This document shows positions 28,230 to 38,879 of a stretch of 64,000 nucleotides of DNA, one piece after another. The notes under the pieces were generated by a model that did no database searches, was not told where the DNA came from, and saw nothing but the letters and a program-made list of their open reading frames with translations. Origin of the DNA: an uncultured Eubacteriales bacterium. GTDB lineage: Bacteria > Bacillota > Sulfobacillia > Fermentithermobacillales > Fermentithermobacillaceae. Both the position numbers and the translations under genes were made by a program. Each line of letters starts with the position of its first letter. Position 1 is the stretch's first letter. The stretch covers positions 1,100 to 65,099 of the forward strand of contig CAZRRG010000002.1 of the NCBI GenBank assembly GCA_964602455.1, read 5' to 3'.

Positions 28230-28576
28230 TGGTGGAGGCGGAGGGAATCGCACCCTCGTCCGTTGATAACCCAGTCTCAGTCTCTACGAGCGTATCTCCG
28301 GATTTGATCTCGCCGACCGCAGCGCCCCGGAGCGGGCTCTACGTTCCGCCAGCCCGGAATTGCGTTCCCTTGAGGGTCCCGGACGTCCCCCTCAAGGTAT
28401 CTCTCCTAGGTGACGGTGACTCCGGGATAGGAGAGAAGTCTCCCGGCTCACCGGGCTGCCTAATTAGGCAGCCAGTGCGTAACTGTTGTTGGCAGTTATG
28501 GTTTTGCCGTTTGTTGGGTACGGCACCCATGCTCGCTGCTCAGACCCGACTACCAGCGTCGAACCTGGTCGCCCCC
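28230..28576 (-). ncRNA. ssrA: tmRNA (SsrA)
   Basis: Minus-strand 5' end GGGGGCGACCAGGTTCGACG and 3' end GGACGAGGGTGCGATTCCCTCCGCCTCCACCA. Internal tag ORF GGC AAA ACC ATA ACT GCC AAC AAC AGT TAC GCA CTG GCT GCC TAA, with the stop inside a hairpin. It lies immediately downstream of smpB. Confidence 0.85.
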
Positions 28577-28673
28577 ATGCATACGGATCTTAACATCTTC
28601 TCATCCGGGCCACAACCGTTGCCAAGCTGCGCTCGCGACGAACAGCGAACGCCTGGACAGTCCTTATTGCCTG

Positions 28674-29138
28674 CTAGAGCTTGCCCCTTGCGGCGCGGTC
28701 TCCCTCGCGGCGGAGTTCCCTATCGCGGATCGCCTCGCGCTTGTCGTAGATCTTGCGGCCCTTCGCCAGCGCCAGGTCAACCTTGGCCTTTCCATCCTTC
28801 CAGTAGAGGGACAGCGGCACCAGAGTGTAGCCGCGTTCGGCCACCTTGGCAGCCAGCTTGCGGATCTCGCGCTTGTGCAGGAGAAGCCTCCTTGGCCGCA
28901 TCGGGTCGTGGTTGAACCGGGAGGCGGGCTCGTACTGGTCAATATGGGCGTTTTGAAGAAACACTTCACCGCCGACGATCTCGGCGTAAGCGTCGGAAAG
29001 GCTGGCGCGGCCAAGCCTAAGCGACTTGACCTCGGTACCAATGAGGGCGATGCCTGCCTCGATGGTGTCCTCGATGGTATACTCGTGCCGCGCCCTGCGG
29101 TTCTGCGCTATGAACTTGCGGGCAGATTCCCTATCCAT
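28674..29138 (-). CDS. smpB: SsrA-binding protein
   Basis: GTEVKSLR...LLLHKREI. Confidence 0.95.
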   Translation of the reverse strand: MDRESARKFIAQNRRARHEYTIEDTIEAGIALIGTEVKSLRLGRASLSDAYAEIVGGEVFLQNAHIDQYEPASRFNHDPMRPRRLLLHKREIRKLAAKVAERGYTLVPLSLYWKDGKAKVDLALAKGRKIYDKREAIRDRELRREGDRAARGKL

Positions 29139-29186
29139 ATGAACTCCTCAGTGCGAATCCAAGAAAGCTCGTCACTGTGCCCCTGT

Positions 29187-29738
29187 CTAGAGACCCAGTT
29201 CCTCGTGGATTCCCTGCATGGCTGAAAGGCCGATGGACACAAACTCCTCCAGGGAAAGCCCAAGCTCGCTGCACGCGCGGATCGTGTCCCTGTTGGCGCC
29301 CTTTGCGAACGACTTCTCTCCCATCCTATGGACCACGAAGTCGGTGTCTATCGCCGAGAGCTTCTTCTCGGGTGAGATGAGCGCCGCGGCGACGATTAGC
29401 CCTGTCAGGGGGTCTGCCGAGTACAGAGCCTTGGCCATCCTGGTTGTGCGAGGGATGCCGTGATAGTGGTTGTGGGCCTTCACGGCGTCAACGATCTCCT
29501 CATCATACCCCAGCTCTTCAGCGATCTTGCCGGACAGAAGGCTGTGCGTGGCCGGATCCGTCTTGGTCTCCTCGTAATCGATGTCGTGAAGAAGGCCGGC
29601 TGCGCCCCACCTGTCCTCATCTTCCCCAAAGTGCCGGGCCAAGCCGCGCATGACAGCCTCAACGGCCAATATGTGCTTGAACAGGTTCTTGGTCGTGATG
29701 CGCGCCTCAACTTCCTTGACCAGCTGTTCCCTGTCCAC
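29187..29738 (-). CDS. HD-domain phosphohydrolase
   Basis: ...HDIDYEETK...KAHNHY. Confidence 0.75.
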   Translation of the reverse strand: MDREQLVKEVEARITTKNLFKHILAVEAVMRGLARHFGEDEDRWGAAGLLHDIDYEETKTDPATHSLLSGKIAEELGYDEEIVDAVKAHNHYHGIPRTTRMAKALYSADPLTGLIVAAALISPEKKLSAIDTDFVVHRMGEKSFAKGANRDTIRACSELGLSLEEFVSIGLSAMQGIHEELGL

Positions 29739-29828
29739 TTCATCACCCCGCTCTATAAGTTAAGAAGCCATAGGAAATATGGCCTCTTATGGTGCTGATA
29801 TAGTCCTGCCGGCTTGAGTCTCTCCGCC

Positions 29829-30068
29829 TTATCTGGCCGCGATGGCGAGCCCGATAGAGGTGAGCATGAACCCAATGGCAAGGTAGACGGTCAGCTTGGA
29901 TAGAAGAGCGTCAAGGCCCTTCCTTTTCCGGCCGAGGAGCGCTTCCGCGCCGCCGCCGATTATGCCGAGTCCCGCGCTGCGACCCGGCTGCAGGATAACC
30001 ACCACAATTAGACCCAATGTGATGAGCCAGTGCAATATTCTGAGGAATATGGTCACGCCGTTCTTCAC
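29829..30068 (-). CDS. secG: Preprotein translocase subunit SecG
   Basis: 79 aa, two TM helices, LQPGRSAGLG. Confidence 0.85.
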   Translation of the reverse strand: MKNGVTIFLRILHWLITLGLIVVVILQPGRSAGLGIIGGGAEALLGRKRKGLDALLSKLTVYLAIGFMLTSIGLAIAAR

Positions 30069-30100
30069 CCTTTCCGTGGCATTCTAGCATCCAATTTGGT

Positions 30101-31384
<1,284 letters not shown>

Positions 31385-31387
31385 TCA

Positions 31388-32941
31388 TCATCCTTCCAAT
31401 TCTTGTTCGATGAGGCTATGCCGGTCCATTTCTGCCGGTTTGGGTAGACCCAGCATCGTGAGTAGTGTCGGGGCTATATCTGCGAGTACTCCGTCAGCGC
31501 GGAGTCTGGCGTGCTTGTAGCCGTGTCCTACCAGGATGCAAGGCACCCGGTTCATGGAGTGGTAGGTATGGGCGGCGTTTGCCCCCGGAGTGAGATCCTC
31601 AACGTTGCCGTGGTCTGCCACAACCAGAACTGCCCCTCCCGCACCCAGGACTGCGTCTACAAAATCCCCGAGGCACTTATCGACGGCCTCAAGGGCCCTT
31701 ACCGCCGCGTCGTAAGCGCCGGTGTGGCCGACCATATCTGGGTTGGCGTAGTTAAGCACCACAAGATCGTAGACGCCCGACTTCACCCGGGCGATCGCCT
31801 CCTCGGTCACAGGGAAGGCGCTCATCTCGGGCTTCTGGTCGTAAGTGGCGACCTCTTTGGGTGATGGTATGAGGACACGGTCCTCGCCCGGGAAGGGTTC
31901 GTCCTTCTTGCCGTTCAGGAAGAAGGTCACGTGGGCGTACTTCTCGGTCTCAGCTATGCGAAGCTGCCTGAGACCGGCTTTGGAGACAACCTCTCCAAGG
32001 GTGTTCTCCATGGTTATGGGAAGGTACGCGTACTCTCCGCCCAAACCTTCCTCATACCTCACCATCCCGCAGTACCTCACCGTGGGAGCGTGTCCGCGGT
32101 CAAACTCCGTGAAGCCAGGCTCCACGAAAGCACGGGTTATCTCCCGGGCCCTGTCGGCGCGGAAGTTCCAGAAGATGACCGAGTCACCGTCCCTGATAAG
32201 ACCGTCGCCATCGCCCAGGACCGTGGGGATCACGAACTCGTCGGTCTCCCCGCGCTCGTAAGATGCCCGGAGGGCCTCCTGCCACCGGGGAAATACCGCG
32301 CCCTCACCGCTCGTGAGCGCGCGGTACGCTTTCTGCACCCGGTCCCAGCGCTTGTCTCTATCCATTGCGTAGAACCGGCCCTGCATCGTGGAGAGGCGAC
32401 CTACGCCTATCTCCCGCATCTTGCCCTCCAGCCGCTCAAGGTAGGTGGCGGCCGACTGTGGCGGGACATCACGACCGTCCAGGAAGGCGTGGACAAAGAC
32501 CTTCTCCTGGCCTTCTCTCTTGCAGAGTTCCAGCAATGCGTAGATATGGGTGTCGAGGCTGTGGACCCCGCCGTCCGACAATAGGCCCATTAGGTGGACC
32601 GCGGCGCCTTTAGCCTTGGCTTCCCTCACCGCGCCAAGGAGCGCCGGGTTCGTGAAGAACGAACCTTCCCTTATCGCCTTGGATATCCTGACGACATCCT
32701 GGTAGACAATGCGGCCTGCGCCGATGTTAAGGTGGCCTACGTTTGAGTCGCCCATCTGGCCGGGCATCAGCCCTACGGCTTCGCCCGACGCCTCGAGGCA
32801 TGTCGAGGGATACTCGCTGTTCAGGCGATCGAAGTTCGGTGTCCTTGCCTCACTGCAAACGTTTGGGCACGCGTCGGAGATCCCCCACCCGTCCAGAATC
32901 ACAAGGGCCACCGGGCGGGGGATCCTGTGGTCGGAACTCAT
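31388..32941 (-). CDS. gpmI: 2,3-bisphosphoglycerate-independent phosphoglycerate mutase
   Basis: Full-length iPGM. Confidence 0.95.
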   Translation of the reverse strand: MSSDHRIPRPVALVILDGWGISDACPNVCSEARTPNFDRLNSEYPSTCLEASGEAVGLMPGQMGDSNVGHLNIGAGRIVYQDVVRISKAIREGSFFTNPALLGAVREAKAKGAAVHLMGLLSDGGVHSLDTHIYALLELCKREGQEKVFVHAFLDGRDVPPQSAATYLERLEGKMREIGVGRLSTMQGRFYAMDRDKRWDRVQKAYRALTSGEGAVFPRWQEALRASYERGETDEFVIPTVLGDGDGLIRDGDSVIFWNFRADRAREITRAFVEPGFTEFDRGHAPTVRYCGMVRYEEGLGGEYAYLPITMENTLGEVVSKAGLRQLRIAETEKYAHVTFFLNGKKDEPFPGEDRVLIPSPKEVATYDQKPEMSAFPVTEEAIARVKSGVYDLVVLNYANPDMVGHTGAYDAAVRALEAVDKCLGDFVDAVLGAGGAVLVVADHGNVEDLTPGANAAHTYHSMNRVPCILVGHGYKHARLRADGVLADIAPTLLTMLGLPKPAEMDRHSLIEQELEG

Positions 32942-33723
32942 GGCTGGGTCCTTCCCTTCCGCACCTCAAGCACCATCTTCGCAAACTCCCCGGCGTCGAG
33001 GCTGGCTCCACCGACCAGGGCGCCGTCGATCTCCTCGTGGGCCATGAACGAGCGGATGTTGGTCGATTTCACGCTGCCCCCGTAGAGCACCCGCACCGTC
33101 TCCCCCGCCGGCTCGCCCAGCATCCCGGAGACAGTCCTGCGCACGTGCGCGATAACCTCGCGGGCATCTTCGGGCTTTGCCTCTTTCCCGGTTCCTATGG
33201 CCCAGACAGGCTCATAGGCGATCACAACGTTATCTATGTCGCCCGGCTTTACCTCGGAAAGCCCCAGGCGAGTCATCTCCCCTACAACCTCAAGGGCCTT
33301 GCCGTCTTCCCGCTGCTCCAGCGTTTCGCCCACGCAGAGCACCGGACGCAGGCCATTATCCAGCGCGGCCCGCACTTTCTCCCGGGCCATCTCGTCGGTC
33401 TCGCCGAACAGGTGCCGGCGCTCGGAATGCCCCACGATGACGTAGGAGCATCCGGCATCCCGAAGCATGGACGGCGACACCTCGCCGGTGAAGGCGCCCT
33501 TCTCCTGCCAGTAGAGGTTCTGGGCGCCAACCTTGACCGGGTAGCTCGAGAACGCAGCCGCTACGGCGGGGATCGCCGTGAATGGCGGGCATACCAGGAT
33601 CTCCGGCCACTCGGCGCCGCCGGTGACCTCCAACATCTGCGGCACGAACGCCCCGGCGAATGCCAGGGCGTCAGGTATAGTCTTATTCATCTTCCAGTTT
33701 GCGGCCAGAAGAGGTACACGCAA
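32938..33723 (-). CDS. tpiA: Triose-phosphate isomerase
   Basis: AYEPVWAIGTGK. Confidence 0.95.
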   Translation of the reverse strand: MRVPLLAANWKMNKTIPDALAFAGAFVPQMLEVTGGAEWPEILVCPPFTAIPAVAAAFSSYPVKVGAQNLYWQEKGAFTGEVSPSMLRDAGCSYVIVGHSERRHLFGETDEMAREKVRAALDNGLRPVLCVGETLEQREDGKALEVVGEMTRLGLSEVKPGDIDNVVIAYEPVWAIGTGKEAKPEDAREVIAHVRRTVSGMLGEPAGETVRVLYGGSVKSTNIRSFMAHEEIDGALVGGASLDAGEFAKMVLEVRKGRTQP

Positions 33724-33759
33724 CGGTATCTTCCTCCCGACGTTTTCTTGCTTTCGGCG

Positions 33760-34944
33760 CTAGGCCTTGTCCTGAAGACAGGCCACGCCGGGAAGCGTCC
33801 GTCCCTCCAGGAACTCGAGGGATGCTCCGCCACCGGTGGAAAGGTGACTGATCCGCTCGGCCACCCCGGACACCTCGATCGCCGCCAGCGAATCGCCGCC
33901 GCCGACAACAGAGAATCCGGAGACGCCGGCCACAGCGGCAGCGATCTCCATGGTCCCGGCTCCGAAGGGCTCAACCTCGAACACGCCCATAGGACCGTTC
34001 CAGAAGACCGTCTTGGCTGCCGCAATCTTTGAGGCGAACTCCTTGCGGGTCTTGGGGCCGATATCGAGCGCCGCCTGGTCCGAGGGGATGCCCGAAACGT
34101 CGACAACCTTCACAGGCGTCCCCACTTCGGGGGCCGGCGCACAGACCACGTCTACGGGAAGCAACAGGTCCTTGCCCGCCTTCTCTGCCTTGGACATGAT
34201 CTCGCGAGCGCTCTCGACCATCGCCGGCTCAGACAGCGACTTGCCCACGTTGTACCCCTTTGCCAGGAGGAACGTGTTGGCCATGCCGCCGCCGATGACC
34301 AGGCTGTCGACCTTATCCAGGAGGTTATCCAGCACTTTCAGCTTGTCTGAGACCTTGGCCCCGCCTATCACGGCCACGAAGGGCCGCTCGGGCGACTCCA
34401 TGAGTCGCGACAGCGCCGAGACCTCCTTCTCCATGAGGAACCCCGCGCACGCGGGGATGAAAGCAGCGATACCGGCTGTGGAAGCGTGGGCCCTGTGGGC
34501 TGCGCCAAACGCGTCGTTTACGAACAGATCGGCCAGGTTAGCCATCTGCCTGGCGAGACCGGGATCGTTCTTCTCTTCGCCGGCGTGGAACCGGACGTTC
34601 TCAAGTAAGACAACGTCCCCGGCCTTCATGTTGGAGACAAACGCTTCTACCTCAGGCCCAACGCAGTCGTTGAGCTTCGCGACTGGCCTGCCCAGAAGCT
34701 CCGATAGCCGGACAGCCACCGGGTCCAACCTCAGGTCTTCCACCACGGCTCCCTTGGGTCTTCCCAAGTGAGAGGCGAGGATCACTTTCGCGCCGTTCTC
34801 CACGAGGTATCGGAGCGTGGGAAGCGATGCCCTGATCCTGGTGTCGTCGCCGATCTTGCCGCCTTTTATGGGCACGTTGTAGTCAACCCTTACAAAACAC
34901 CGCTTGTCCGCAACCGGGATGTCCCGCACGGTCAACTTGGGCAC
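33760..34944 (-). CDS. pgk: Phosphoglycerate kinase
   Basis: Full-length PGK. Confidence 0.97.
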   Translation of the reverse strand: MPKLTVRDIPVADKRCFVRVDYNVPIKGGKIGDDTRIRASLPTLRYLVENGAKVILASHLGRPKGAVVEDLRLDPVAVRLSELLGRPVAKLNDCVGPEVEAFVSNMKAGDVVLLENVRFHAGEEKNDPGLARQMANLADLFVNDAFGAAHRAHASTAGIAAFIPACAGFLMEKEVSALSRLMESPERPFVAVIGGAKVSDKLKVLDNLLDKVDSLVIGGGMANTFLLAKGYNVGKSLSEPAMVESAREIMSKAEKAGKDLLLPVDVVCAPAPEVGTPVKVVDVSGIPSDQAALDIGPKTRKEFASKIAAAKTVFWNGPMGVFEVEPFGAGTMEIAAAVAGVSGFSVVGGGDSLAAIEVSGVAERISHLSTGGGASLEFLEGRTLPGVACLQDKA

Positions 34945-34967
34945 GGTGCGCGCCTCCTTGTTCTCTC

Positions 34968-35969
34968 CTAGAGTCCTTTGGAAGCTATGAAGGAGATGAG
35001 GTCAACCAAGCGGCAGCAGTAGCCCCACTCATTGTCGTACCAGGCCAGAACCTTGGTGAGCCCGCCGACAACCATGGTGGAGATGGCGTCAACCGCCGAC
35101 GAATGGTTCATACCCTTGTAGTCGGACGAGACCAGGGGCTCGTAGTTGATGTCGAGGATGCCCTTCAGATAGCCCTTGGCCGCGGCATCGAAGGCCCCGT
35201 TGATATCTTCCACGGTCGCAGGCTTCTTGAGCCGGAGGGCGAGGTCGACTATGGAGACAGTCGGCGTAGGCACTCTGAACGCGATGCCGTTCAGTTTACC
35301 CTTGAGCTGGGGCATGACCAGGCCGATCGCTCTCGCGGCTCCGGTCGAGGTCGGGATTATGTTCAGGGCGCCTGCTCTGGCCCTGCGGAGATCCTTGTGC
35401 GCAAAGTCCAGGATTACCTGGTCATTTGTATAAGAGTGAACGGTGGTCATAAGACCGTCCTCGATTCCGAAGGAATCGTCCAGCACTTTGGCGACCGGGG
35501 CAAGGCAGTTCGTGGTGCAGGAAGCGTTGGAAATCACCTGGTGGTTCGCGGGATCGTACTTGTCATGGTTCACGCCCATCACGATCGTGATGTCCTCGCC
35601 CTTTGCGGGAGCCGAGATCACGACCTTCTTGGCTCCGGCCGCAACGTGCGCCATGGCTTTCTCTTTCTCGGTGAACCTACCGGTGGACTCGAGGACCACA
35701 TCGACGCCAAGGTCTTTCCACGGAAGCTTTCCGGGATCCCTTTCGGCGAAGACCTTCACCTCGCGGCCATCTACGGTGAAGCCATTCTCCGAAGCTTTAA
35801 CTTCCGCTCCAAGGGTGCCGTAGTTGGTGTCGTACTTCAGAAGATGAGCAAGTGTCCCGGGATCAGTGAGGTCGTTCACCGCCACAATCTCAATGTCCGT
35901 CCTACCCATTGCCGCTCTAAAGAAACGACGTCCAATGCTGCCAAATCCGTTGACACCCACCCTAACCAT
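34968..35969 (-). CDS. gap: Glyceraldehyde-3-phosphate dehydrogenase
   Basis: MVRVGVNGFGSIGRR...SNASCTTNCL. ATG 9 nt after GGAGG (the ORF track's upstream extension is rejected). Confidence 0.95.
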   Translation of the reverse strand: MVRVGVNGFGSIGRRFFRAAMGRTDIEIVAVNDLTDPGTLAHLLKYDTNYGTLGAEVKASENGFTVDGREVKVFAERDPGKLPWKDLGVDVVLESTGRFTEKEKAMAHVAAGAKKVVISAPAKGEDITIVMGVNHDKYDPANHQVISNASCTTNCLAPVAKVLDDSFGIEDGLMTTVHSYTNDQVILDFAHKDLRRARAGALNIIPTSTGAARAIGLVMPQLKGKLNGIAFRVPTPTVSIVDLALRLKKPATVEDINGAFDAAAKGYLKGILDINYEPLVSSDYKGMNHSSAVDAISTMVVGGLTKVLAWYDNEWGYCCRLVDLISFIASKGL

Positions 35970-36089
35970 TGAGCGCAACCTCCCGCTTTGTGCTGTGCCG
36001 GATCGCTCTCGGTAGCTCCCGGCTTCCACATTATATCTCTTTTTTCCTAAATGGCCCAACCAAATAAGCCACACATCAGTCCAAATCTG

Positions 36090-36626
36090 TCAACCGTACA
36101 TGAAGTATCCAAGGATACCCGAAACCAGCAGCACCAGCACAGGATCCACGTTGAACCTAAGAATCGCGACCGCCGCCGCGATGGCCGTGAGGATCTGGAC
36201 GGCTCCCGTAAGCGTCACTCCGGCCACCGAGACAGCGGCCGTCAGCACCAGGGCAACCACTACCGGACGCACGCCCTTGAATATGTCTTTCACGAAACCC
36301 ATTTCCCGATACTTGAGGAAGAGATAGCCCAGGACCAGCATTATCACTATGGATGGCAGCACCACTCCCACGGAGGCTGCGATGGACCCGGGCAATCCCG
36401 CGACCCTAAACCCAACGTAGGTTGCTGAGTTGATCCCGATAGGACCCGGCGTTCCCTCGGAGAGAGCGATAACGTCGATGAACTCATCCATCGACAACCA
36501 CGCCCTGCTCGTGACGACCTCCCGCGAGATGAGGGGGATCATGGCGTAGCCGCCACCGAAGCTGAAGGCGCCTATCTTGAGGAACGACAAGAACAGTTGT
36601 AGGAGCACGTCAGTCCTCCTCCCCAC
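36090..36626 (-). CDS. chrA: Chromate transporter, short CHR family (second half of pair)
   Basis: FGGGYAMIPL CHR signature. Confidence 0.8.
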   Translation of the reverse strand: MGRRTDVLLQLFLSFLKIGAFSFGGGYAMIPLISREVVTSRAWLSMDEFIDVIALSEGTPGPIGINSATYVGFRVAGLPGSIAASVGVVLPSIVIMLVLGYLFLKYREMGFVKDIFKGVRPVVVALVLTAAVSVAGVTLTGAVQILTAIAAAVAILRFNVDPVLVLLVSGILGYFMYG

Positions 36627-37248
36627 CGGCAGGCGCCTGGCCTTTACGGGCTATACGCCCCAGCACGATGCCTGTCAAAGCCCCGCCGGCCACCACCACG
36701 ACCGGATGCAGCTTAAGCCCGGCCAGCAGGACTGCCGCGACAATGGCCAGGACCGCGTCGATCCGTGTCTTCACTGTCGACCTGCCTACTTGCCAGACAG
36801 CCGAGACCAGAAGCCCAAAGATGGCCGGACGCATGCCCTTGAAGACGGCATCGACCGCCGTCGAGGACCGGTATCGCACGAGGACAGTGGCAAACGCGAG
36901 GATCACTAAGAATGAAGGGAGAGACGCACCTAGTGCCGCGATGAGGGCGCCAGGGACTCTTCTGAGCCTGTAGCCGGAAATCACAGCGACGTTCACCGCT
37001 ATCGGCCCCGGAGCGCTCTGGGCGACAGCCAAGAGATCGACAAACTCCGAGTCTCCGAGCCATCCCTTATGGGACACCAGTTGCTTCCTGATGAGAGGGA
37101 TCATGGCCCAGCCCCCGCCGAAAGTGAAGGCGCCTATCCTGAAGAAGCTCCAGAAGATCTCCCCAAGCGCTGCGTGAGGTTGTTGTATTGTGGCCGTATC
37201 TCCTGCCTCGGCTCCTGCCTTGGCTCCTGCTCGGGCTTCTTCCGGCAA
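36610..37248 (-). CDS. chrA: Chromate transporter, short CHR family (first half of pair)
   Basis: FGGGWAMIPL CHR signature. Extended -10 (TGCTATAAT) at 37281-37289. Confidence 0.8.
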   Translation of the reverse strand: MPEEARAGAKAGAEAGDTATIQQPHAALGEIFWSFFRIGAFTFGGGWAMIPLIRKQLVSHKGWLGDSEFVDLLAVAQSAPGPIAVNVAVISGYRLRRVPGALIAALGASLPSFLVILAFATVLVRYRSSTAVDAVFKGMRPAIFGLLVSAVWQVGRSTVKTRIDAVLAIVAAVLLAGLKLHPVVVVAGGALTGIVLGRIARKGQAPAGGEED

Positions 37249-37412
37249 CGAGGACTCCTCCCAGGATCTGATGCGCTCTGATGCGCTTGCATTATAGCAC
37301 TCGTCCCACCAAGGGTCTCGCTATCCATCCCCCTTTGCTCCTCATTCGTCCATCACCCTATCTAGCCATCTAGCAGGGGTTTATCGCATCAAAATGCGTC
37401 TAGCAGGGCAAT

Positions 37413-37569
37413 GTCGGTGAAACCCGCCACGTTTCAGCCCTGTGGCGGGCAGAACCCGCAACTCGTATTTTTCGTGGCGGGCACCATCCGCCACTCGGAA
37501 GGCGCGTGGCGGGCGGGACCGGCAACGACGCTCCGGAGTGGCGGGCGAAACCCGCAACCGGTTCGCGTC
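37413..37569. repeat. Tandem array with exact 32-bp period (4 full units plus a partial). Each unit has a 21-nt conserved core GTGGCGGGC-N3-ACC-N-GC-N-AC and an 11-nt variable segment
   Basis: Units start at 37442, 37474, 37506 and 37538. The cores carry short GC inverted repeats (GCGGG-N5-CCCGC). Confidence 0.8.
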
Positions 37570-37586
37570 GGGGGTTAAGGGTTGAG

Positions 37587-37702
37587 GGGTTCAGAAGTAC
37601 GGGGGGGTTGAGAAGTACGGTGGGTTGAGAAGTACGAGGGTTGAGAAGTACGAGGGTTGAGAAGTACGGGGGGTTCAGAAGTACGAGGGATTCGAAGGTC
37701 CA
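37587..37702. repeat. Tandem array of ~7 copies of a 15-nt unit GGGTT(G/C)AGAAGTACG at 16-19-bp period (G-tract spacers)
   Basis: Read directly from the sequence. It gives rise to the spurious 'VLLNP' repeat ORF. Confidence 0.85.
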
Positions 37703-37730
37703 AAAACACAAGAAGCCCTCGCGAGGGCTT
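37701..37730 (-). terminator. Rho-independent terminator of sigA
   Basis: Minus strand: GCCCTCGCGAGGGC followed by TTCTTGTGTTTTTGG. Confidence 0.7.
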
Positions 37731-37763
37731 TCGTGTAATGTACTGGCGAATCAGGATAAGGGG

Positions 37764-38879
37764 CTAGACCAGGTAATCCTTCAGCCGCTTGCTCCTCTGG
37801 GGATGCCGCAGCTTGCGGAGGGCTTTGGCTTCGATCTGCCTTATTCTTTCCCTCGTCACGCCGAACTCCCGGCCCACTTCCTCAAGCGTGCGGGCTTTGC
37901 CGTCATCGAGCCCGAAGCGAAGGCGCAGGACCTTCTGCTCTCGCTCGTTCAGGGTGTCGAGAACGCCTTCAATCTGCTCACGCAGCAAAAGGAACGAGGC
38001 CGCTTCAACAGGAGCGGGGGCGTCCTCATCCTCGATGAAGTCCCCGAGGTGGCTGTCTTCCTCTTCACCAATTGGCGTCTCCAGCGAGACTGGTTCCTGA
38101 GCGATCTTCAGGATCTCGCGGACCTTGTCGGCAGTGATGCCCATCTCCTCGGCAACTTCCTCGGGGGTTGGCTCGCGGCCAAGCTCCTGGATGAGGTGCC
38201 TGGAGGTCCTGATCAGCTTGTTGATGGTCTCGACCATATGGACAGGGATCCTGATGGTCCTGGCCTGGTCGGCTATTGCCCTGGTGATGGCCTGACGGAT
38301 CCACCATGTGGCGTATGTGGACAGCTTGAACCCCTTCCGGAAGTCAAACTTCTCGACCGCCTTGATGAGGCCCATATTCCCTTCCTGGATGAGGTCCAGG
38401 AACTGCATCCCTCTGCCTACGTAGCGCTTGGCGATAGACACAACCAGACGCAGGTTGGCCTCGATGAGCCGGCCTTTGGCCATCTTGTCGCCCATCTCCA
38501 TGCGCCGCGCGAGTTCGATCTCCTCTTCAGCCGTGAGAAGCGATACGCGCCCGATCTCCTTGAGGTACATCCTCACGGGGTCGTCCAGGGCCACCCCTTC
38601 GGGGATGGTGAGGTCGATCTCACCCGGCTCCTCGAGCTGCTCCTCAGGCACATCGGGCTCGTCATGCAGGACGGCTACATCATCCGGTCCCTGCTTGGCA
38701 TCGCCGACGGTAATACCCATGTCGTGGAACTGCTTATAGACGTCGTCAACCTGCTCGGTCGTGAGATCTAGGCGACCGAGGGCATCCGCTACCTCGTCAT
38801 GGGTCAAGAAGCCCTTTCTCTGACCGAGGGCGAGGAGATCTTTTACGACGTCCATGTCCACCGACTGCAATTCCTTCAA
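37764..38879 (-). CDS. sigA: RNA polymerase sigma factor SigA/RpoD
   Basis: Regions 1.2-4 all present. Confidence 0.97.
   Translation of the reverse strand: MKELQSVDMDVVKDLLALGQRKGFLTHDEVADALGRLDLTTEQVDDVYKQFHDMGITVGDAKQGPDDVAVLHDEPDVPEEQLEEPGEIDLTIPEGVALDDPVRMYLKEIGRVSLLTAEEEIELARRMEMGDKMAKGRLIEANLRLVVSIAKRYVGRGMQFLDLIQEGNMGLIKAVEKFDFRKGFKLSTYATWWIRQAITRAIADQARTIRIPVHMVETINKLIRTSRHLIQELGREPTPEEVAEEMGITADKVREILKIAQEPVSLETPIGEEEDSHLGDFIEDEDAPAPVEAASFLLLREQIEGVLDTLNEREQKVLRLRFGLDDGKARTLEEVGREFGVTRERIRQIEAKALRKLRHPQRSKRLKDYLV

Noticed and set aside
28199-28915. 238-aa plus-strand ORF
   Set aside because: It lies antisense over tmRNA (28230-28576) and over the 3' half of smpB. It is an RNA gene plus high-GC antisense artefact.
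32743-34032. 429-aa plus-strand ORF, and similar long ORFs at 5105-5902, 6446-7513, 41895-42656, 42669-43415, 43470-44201 and 55517-56563
   Set aside because: All lie antisense inside well-supported conserved genes (tpiA/pgk, M14, ppdK, mtaB). They are stop-codon-poor antisense frames typical of high-GC DNA.
36090-37248. chrA split into two genes, a possible pseudogene or frameshift
   Set aside because: Paired short-chain CHR proteins (about 180-210 aa each, both with the FGGG(Y/W)AMIPL signature) are a known natural arrangement and not a disrupted gene.
37281-37295. CIRCE-like half site TTATAGCACTCG near the chrA promoter
   Set aside because: No inverted partner (GAGTGCTAA) within 9 nt. 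The true perfect CIRCE is at 62369-62395.
37413-37569. Possible CRISPR array (regular 32-bp spacing)
   Set aside because: The conserved part is only ~21 nt and the variable part ~11 nt, far below CRISPR repeat/spacer sizes. There are no cas genes in the window and only four units.
37400-37711. 103-aa minus-strand ORF with repeated 'VLLNP' segments
   Set aside because: It is simply the translation of the 15-nt tandem DNA repeat. It has no RBS and the composition is driven by the repeat.
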